Of a stretch of DNA of 64,000 nucleotides, positions 59,806-64,000 are shown one piece after another. How positions within the stretch are numbered: position 1 is the first letter of the stretch; the number at the start of each line of letters is the position of its first letter. Origin of the DNA: Trichinella spiralis. Its lineage: Eukaryota. The stretch spans positions 2,129,848 through 2,193,847 of the forward strand of contig NW_003526945.1 of the NCBI RefSeq assembly GCF_000181795.1, in the 5' to 3' direction. A program made the position numbers and the translations under genes. Under the pieces are notes generated by a model. It was not told the origin of the DNA. It ran no database searches and saw nothing but the letters and a program-made list of their open reading frames with translations.

Positions 59806-60989
59806 CAACGGATTCACGAGGTGGCCTGGAGCTTGGCCTACCGGCGACATAATTCGGAGTTACCAGCCGAGTCATCAACAATTGATGCAACAATTTCCGG
59901 TATACATGTACAGGGATGTATATATGAATATGGGCAACCCATCAACCTATCTGATCTTATGGCCGAAAGTTCATCCGGGCGTCGGAATAAATGCCGGACN
60001 NNNNNNNNNTTCGGTAGGTTTCCCAGCCGGAGTAATCCACCAATTGGAAGGAAACCATTTTCCGGGTAAACAATTTACCAGGGAAGGTATATTTTGAAAT
60101 ATGGGGCAATCCACAACCAACCATGATCGATTCTTAATGCCGGGTAGGTTCTATCCGGGCGGTTCGGAAATAAGATGCCGTAACATGGTTACGGTGGAAG
60201 CCAACGGATTCAGGAGGTGGGCCTGGAACTTGGCCTACCGGGAGACATAACTCGTAGTTACCAGCCGAGTCATCACCAATTGAAGCAACTATTTCTGGTT
60301 AACATATACTAGATTGTATATATGGATATGGGCAACCACATCAACATATCGATCTTATGCCGGTAAGTTCTATCCGGCGTTCAAAATAGATGCCGTACAC
60401 GTTACGCAGCAGCCAACGGATTCACGAGGTGGCGTGGAACTTGGCTTACCGGTGACATAATTCGGAGTTCCCAGGGGAGTCATCACCAATTGAAGAAACT
60501 ATGTCTGGTAAACATAGACAAGGTTGTATATATGGATATGGGCAATCACATCAACATATCGATCTTATGCCGGTAAGTTCTATCCGGCGTTCGGAACGGA
60601 TACCGTACATGTTCCGCTGCAGCCAACAGATTCACGAGGTGGCGTGGAGCTTGGCTTACCGGTGACATAATTCGGAGTTCCCAGTGGAGTCATCACCAAT
60701 TGAAGAAACTATTTCTGGTAAACATAGACAAGGTTGTATATATGGATATGGGCAACCACATCAACATATCGATCTTATGCCGGTAAGTTCTATCCGGTGT
60801 TCAAAATGGATGCCGTACACGTTACGCTGCAGCCAACGGATTCACGAGGTGGCTTGGAACTTGGCTTACCGGCGACATAATTCGGAGTTCCCAGTGGAGT
60901 CATCACCAATTGAGGCAACAATTTCCGGTATACATATACAGGGATGTATATTTGGATATAGGCAACTACATCAACATATCGATCTTATC
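59806..60989 (+). repeat. 210-bp tandem repeat, about 5-6 copies around an assembly gap
   Basis: CAAC(G/A)GATTCA anchors at 59806, 60202, 60414, 60624 and 60834. The same unit occurs at 57841 and 58051. Confidence 0.95.
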
Positions 60990-61363
60990 GCATTAATTTT
61001 TACGTGGCATGCGGAATATGAAGGTTGTCCTTTCCGCGATATCACAGTAACAATGGTAGCTCGAACATTCTTGTACAATTCGATCACACGTTTCGGCGTT
61101 CCAGCTAAGTGACCACCGATGGAGGCAAACACTTTGATTCAAACACATGAGCTACAGACAACAAGCTGCTGCTAGGCTGCCAACATATCCGCTCGTCCAA
61201 GTACCATCCACAACCCAACGTCATTGTCGAGCGTTTCGAACAGCATCTTCAGCATTCATGTACGACTGCTTGGACGCTGTACTTGGTGTTCAGTAGACAA
61301 CGGCACTGTCGTTGATATTGCTGCGCTCACTATTACGCACCCATGCGCTCAAGGAAGATCTAA
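60990..61363 (+). mobile_element. Ty3/Gypsy-type integrase pseudogene fragment, copy 2
   Basis: RDITVTMVARTFLYNSITRFGVPAK, YHPQPNVIVERFEQHL and ALKEDL; near-identical to 58206-58580. Confidence 0.8.
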
Positions 61364-63666
61364 CTGTTCGTGAGAACAGTGCTATAGAGCCCACAGTACG
61401 CAATGTTACCTATCCAGACTTGCTACAGTAATTCTCTTCTCAATAAAACCATTATTCTTGTTTCGACTGGCCATAGTATGTAAATGTTTCCATACATTAA
61501 CGTTGAATAAATGATTTCTGCTTCAAACAGTAATGCGCCACGCACAATGGTACACTTGGAGTCGATAGTCTCAACCGATGTGCTCGGACGGTCTTCCGCT
61601 TCTGTTCACACACATGGTGTGAGAGATACGCAATTTATTGCGACACAAACAATAAGCAAAACACAAATGCACACGCACATACAGACAAACAAACAAAATC
61701 ATAGCAACCAACCAAGCGCACAACAACGTGTTCCCAATACCGTCTCATCCCTGATTTTCAGGCACAAACTGGTATACGGTACTTTTTATTGCTAAAATCA
61801 TCATCTGAAATTACACTTATATGTAATTAAAATGACTTTATTGGATGCGTGTTGCAATCTGAAATATGCTGAAACAAAGGACAGTCACAAACAAACAGCA
61901 TAATGAAATTTTAAAATGAGCATAAAAATACAAAATATACTTGAAAACATAACACTTTCAATTTATTATTTTTCTCATAGACTGATTTTAACCATCTTCA
62001 TAAACTATTGCTGCGATTGAAATCTACATTGCTCTTAATGAATAAAATTAATGCGCATTATTAAATACTCTATTCAGTGATTCGAGAAACTTTTTAAGAA
62101 CTGAATTTGAATAATTAAATTTCATTTTGGTTATTTAATACTTACTTTTCAAATGTCACAAGAACTCTACTATACCAAGGCCAGCATAACTGTACTGCAG
62201 ATCAGTTAACTCCAGTAGCAACTATCAGACTAAGAAATCTGATTCTAAGCTAACAAGCAGTAGTTAGCGAACATGATGAACTAAACCGGGAACAATGTTA
62301 TGCCAATTAGAAAGTCTTTTTTGTATTAGTAGAATGACGAAAAATTTTATGAAGTACATGGATCAAGACAAGCATTATTAAAACGAATGAAGAATTTCTA
62401 TGTTGATTGTTAAGATTAATAAGAGAAGGTTTTGTATTTGAAAAAAATTCCTTTCAATTTTCAAAATTTTGCATTCAAACATTTAAAATTCCCAACTTTT
62501 TCATTAAAATATTTTATGTATTTTTTATGAACTTTCGTAAGCTGTGTTGCCAAACAGCCGCCCACATTTGACCACTAGTAGGCAATCAATCATTAGTCAG
62601 ACTTTAAATTATTCATTAAAGCAAATTTTATAAATAAATTGAACAAAAATTGCTTTTTGTTACTACTTTTGATATTCTGTTGTTGTTGTTGTTATTTTGA
62701 AATGAAAGCAATCAATAAATTTATTAATGAGAAGCGAACAATGATTATTCATTGCTTGGAATACGACAGCGAAAACTGGTTTGCTTCTTCTGCTTATTAA
62801 CTAGTTAGCCTGCATTGAGTGTGCTAGTCTATATCTGCTGAACGATCGCTGCTCTTCAATTTCTGCAATTTTATTGTTTATTCAAACCGAGCGTACTTTT
62901 CGCAGAGTTGAAGAACAATTTGATAGATAAATCATGATTTTTGTCGATTTGCTTTATATAAATTGTTGTTTTCATATCTATCCACGATGCTTATAATGAT
63001 AAACATCAATTTAAAAAAATTATAATTCATTTGATCAGTTTCGCGTGTGTATCAGTTTAGATGAATCATATTCATGTCTTTTTTATTGTATTAAAAATAT
63101 AAGAATGAAAGATATTTGTTTATGTTTTTATTTCCATAATTGACGTATCATAAAATGCAATAAGGAATCCGCCGCAAAATCTGTTTCTAATATCCGTCTG
63201 CTATATAAATTGAGAGGGAGAGAGAGAGAAAGAGATAATTAATTTATAAAATAATGATCGAATATGCGATGTAGAAAGCACGCATCACCGAAACCTAAAA
63301 GCGCCAAAAGCCTATGACAGAGGTCGCAGGCGAGCACTAAATTGCACGCTGGCCCAATATGATAATAATTGTAATAATGTAAGCACTCATTTATAAAAAA
63401 TGATTAAGCTGGTTTGTATCAACTGCGTAAGTAAGTATCAAATCATTTTTAACTGAATAATTGTGGGGTGTGTTAGCAAACGAGAAAATGAATACCATTA
63501 ATTGTGAAGAACCAAAGCCGTCGTATGCTATTTAAAATTCGAAAACTCCAATAATGGCAGTAAAATGAATAATATGATAGGATGATGGTGATGGTGGTGG
63601 GTGAAAAAAAATGGGAATAAATGTATGCAAGCGGCTTGTATATAGCGTGGACATGAAAGACGAAAT

Positions 63667-64000
<334 letters not shown>

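Larger units (their letters stand above)
56608..62348. repeat. Higher-order tandem repeat; units start at 56608, 58571 and 61354 (last one partial, ~1 kb)
   Basis: Anchor GAAGATCTAACTGTTCGTGAGAACAG recurs at the three positions, giving periods of 1963 and 2783 bp. The length difference comes from extra 210-bp subunits and a gap. Confidence 0.97.

Noticed and set aside
59930..60310. Highly divergent 210-bp monomers with many single-base insertions
   Set aside because: They flank the 10-N gap and show homopolymer-type errors typical of low-quality read ends, so this is probably not biological divergence.
57841..60989. Regularly spaced repeats as a CRISPR-like array
   Set aside because: The monomers are 210 bp and similar along their whole length, with no unique spacers and no cas genes; the context is eukaryotic.

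Overview
AT-rich eukaryotic genomic DNA with many short spliceosomal introns and three assembly gaps (N runs at 17170-17179, 19098-19473, 60000-60009). Gene content and transposon remnants suggest a nematode, most likely Trichinella-like (inference, not searched). Hand-spliced protein genes: ISCU (5585-6335 +), an ARID4/RBBP1-family gene (8019-16617 +), a possible small orphan membrane-protein gene (26323-26853 -), an atypical long copine/vWA gene (27284-32564 -), a GH18 chitinase with two CBM14 domains (37407-40670 +), DPAGT1/ALG7 (43357-45113 +), alpha-catulin (45898-53129 -), an intronless ALG10 (54879-56270 +) and the 3' end of actin (63667->64000 -). Accessory DNA: two one-ended piggyBac remnants, a FLYWCH/MULE-type remnant, a hAT remnant, a ~1288-bp x3 tandem array, and a higher-order repeat (56.6-62.3 kb) containing a 210-bp tandem unit apparently derived from a Ty3/Gypsy integrase gene. 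No CRISPR array, rRNA or tRNA was recognised. Best leads: the integrase-derived nested satellite, an apparently obligatory GT-CG intron in DPAGT1, a Cys-Cys variant at the ISCU cluster site, and an ARID4 whose middle is an ~850-aa lysine-rich low-complexity exon with no visible chromobarrel. All gene models were spliced by eye and need RNA-seq confirmation.
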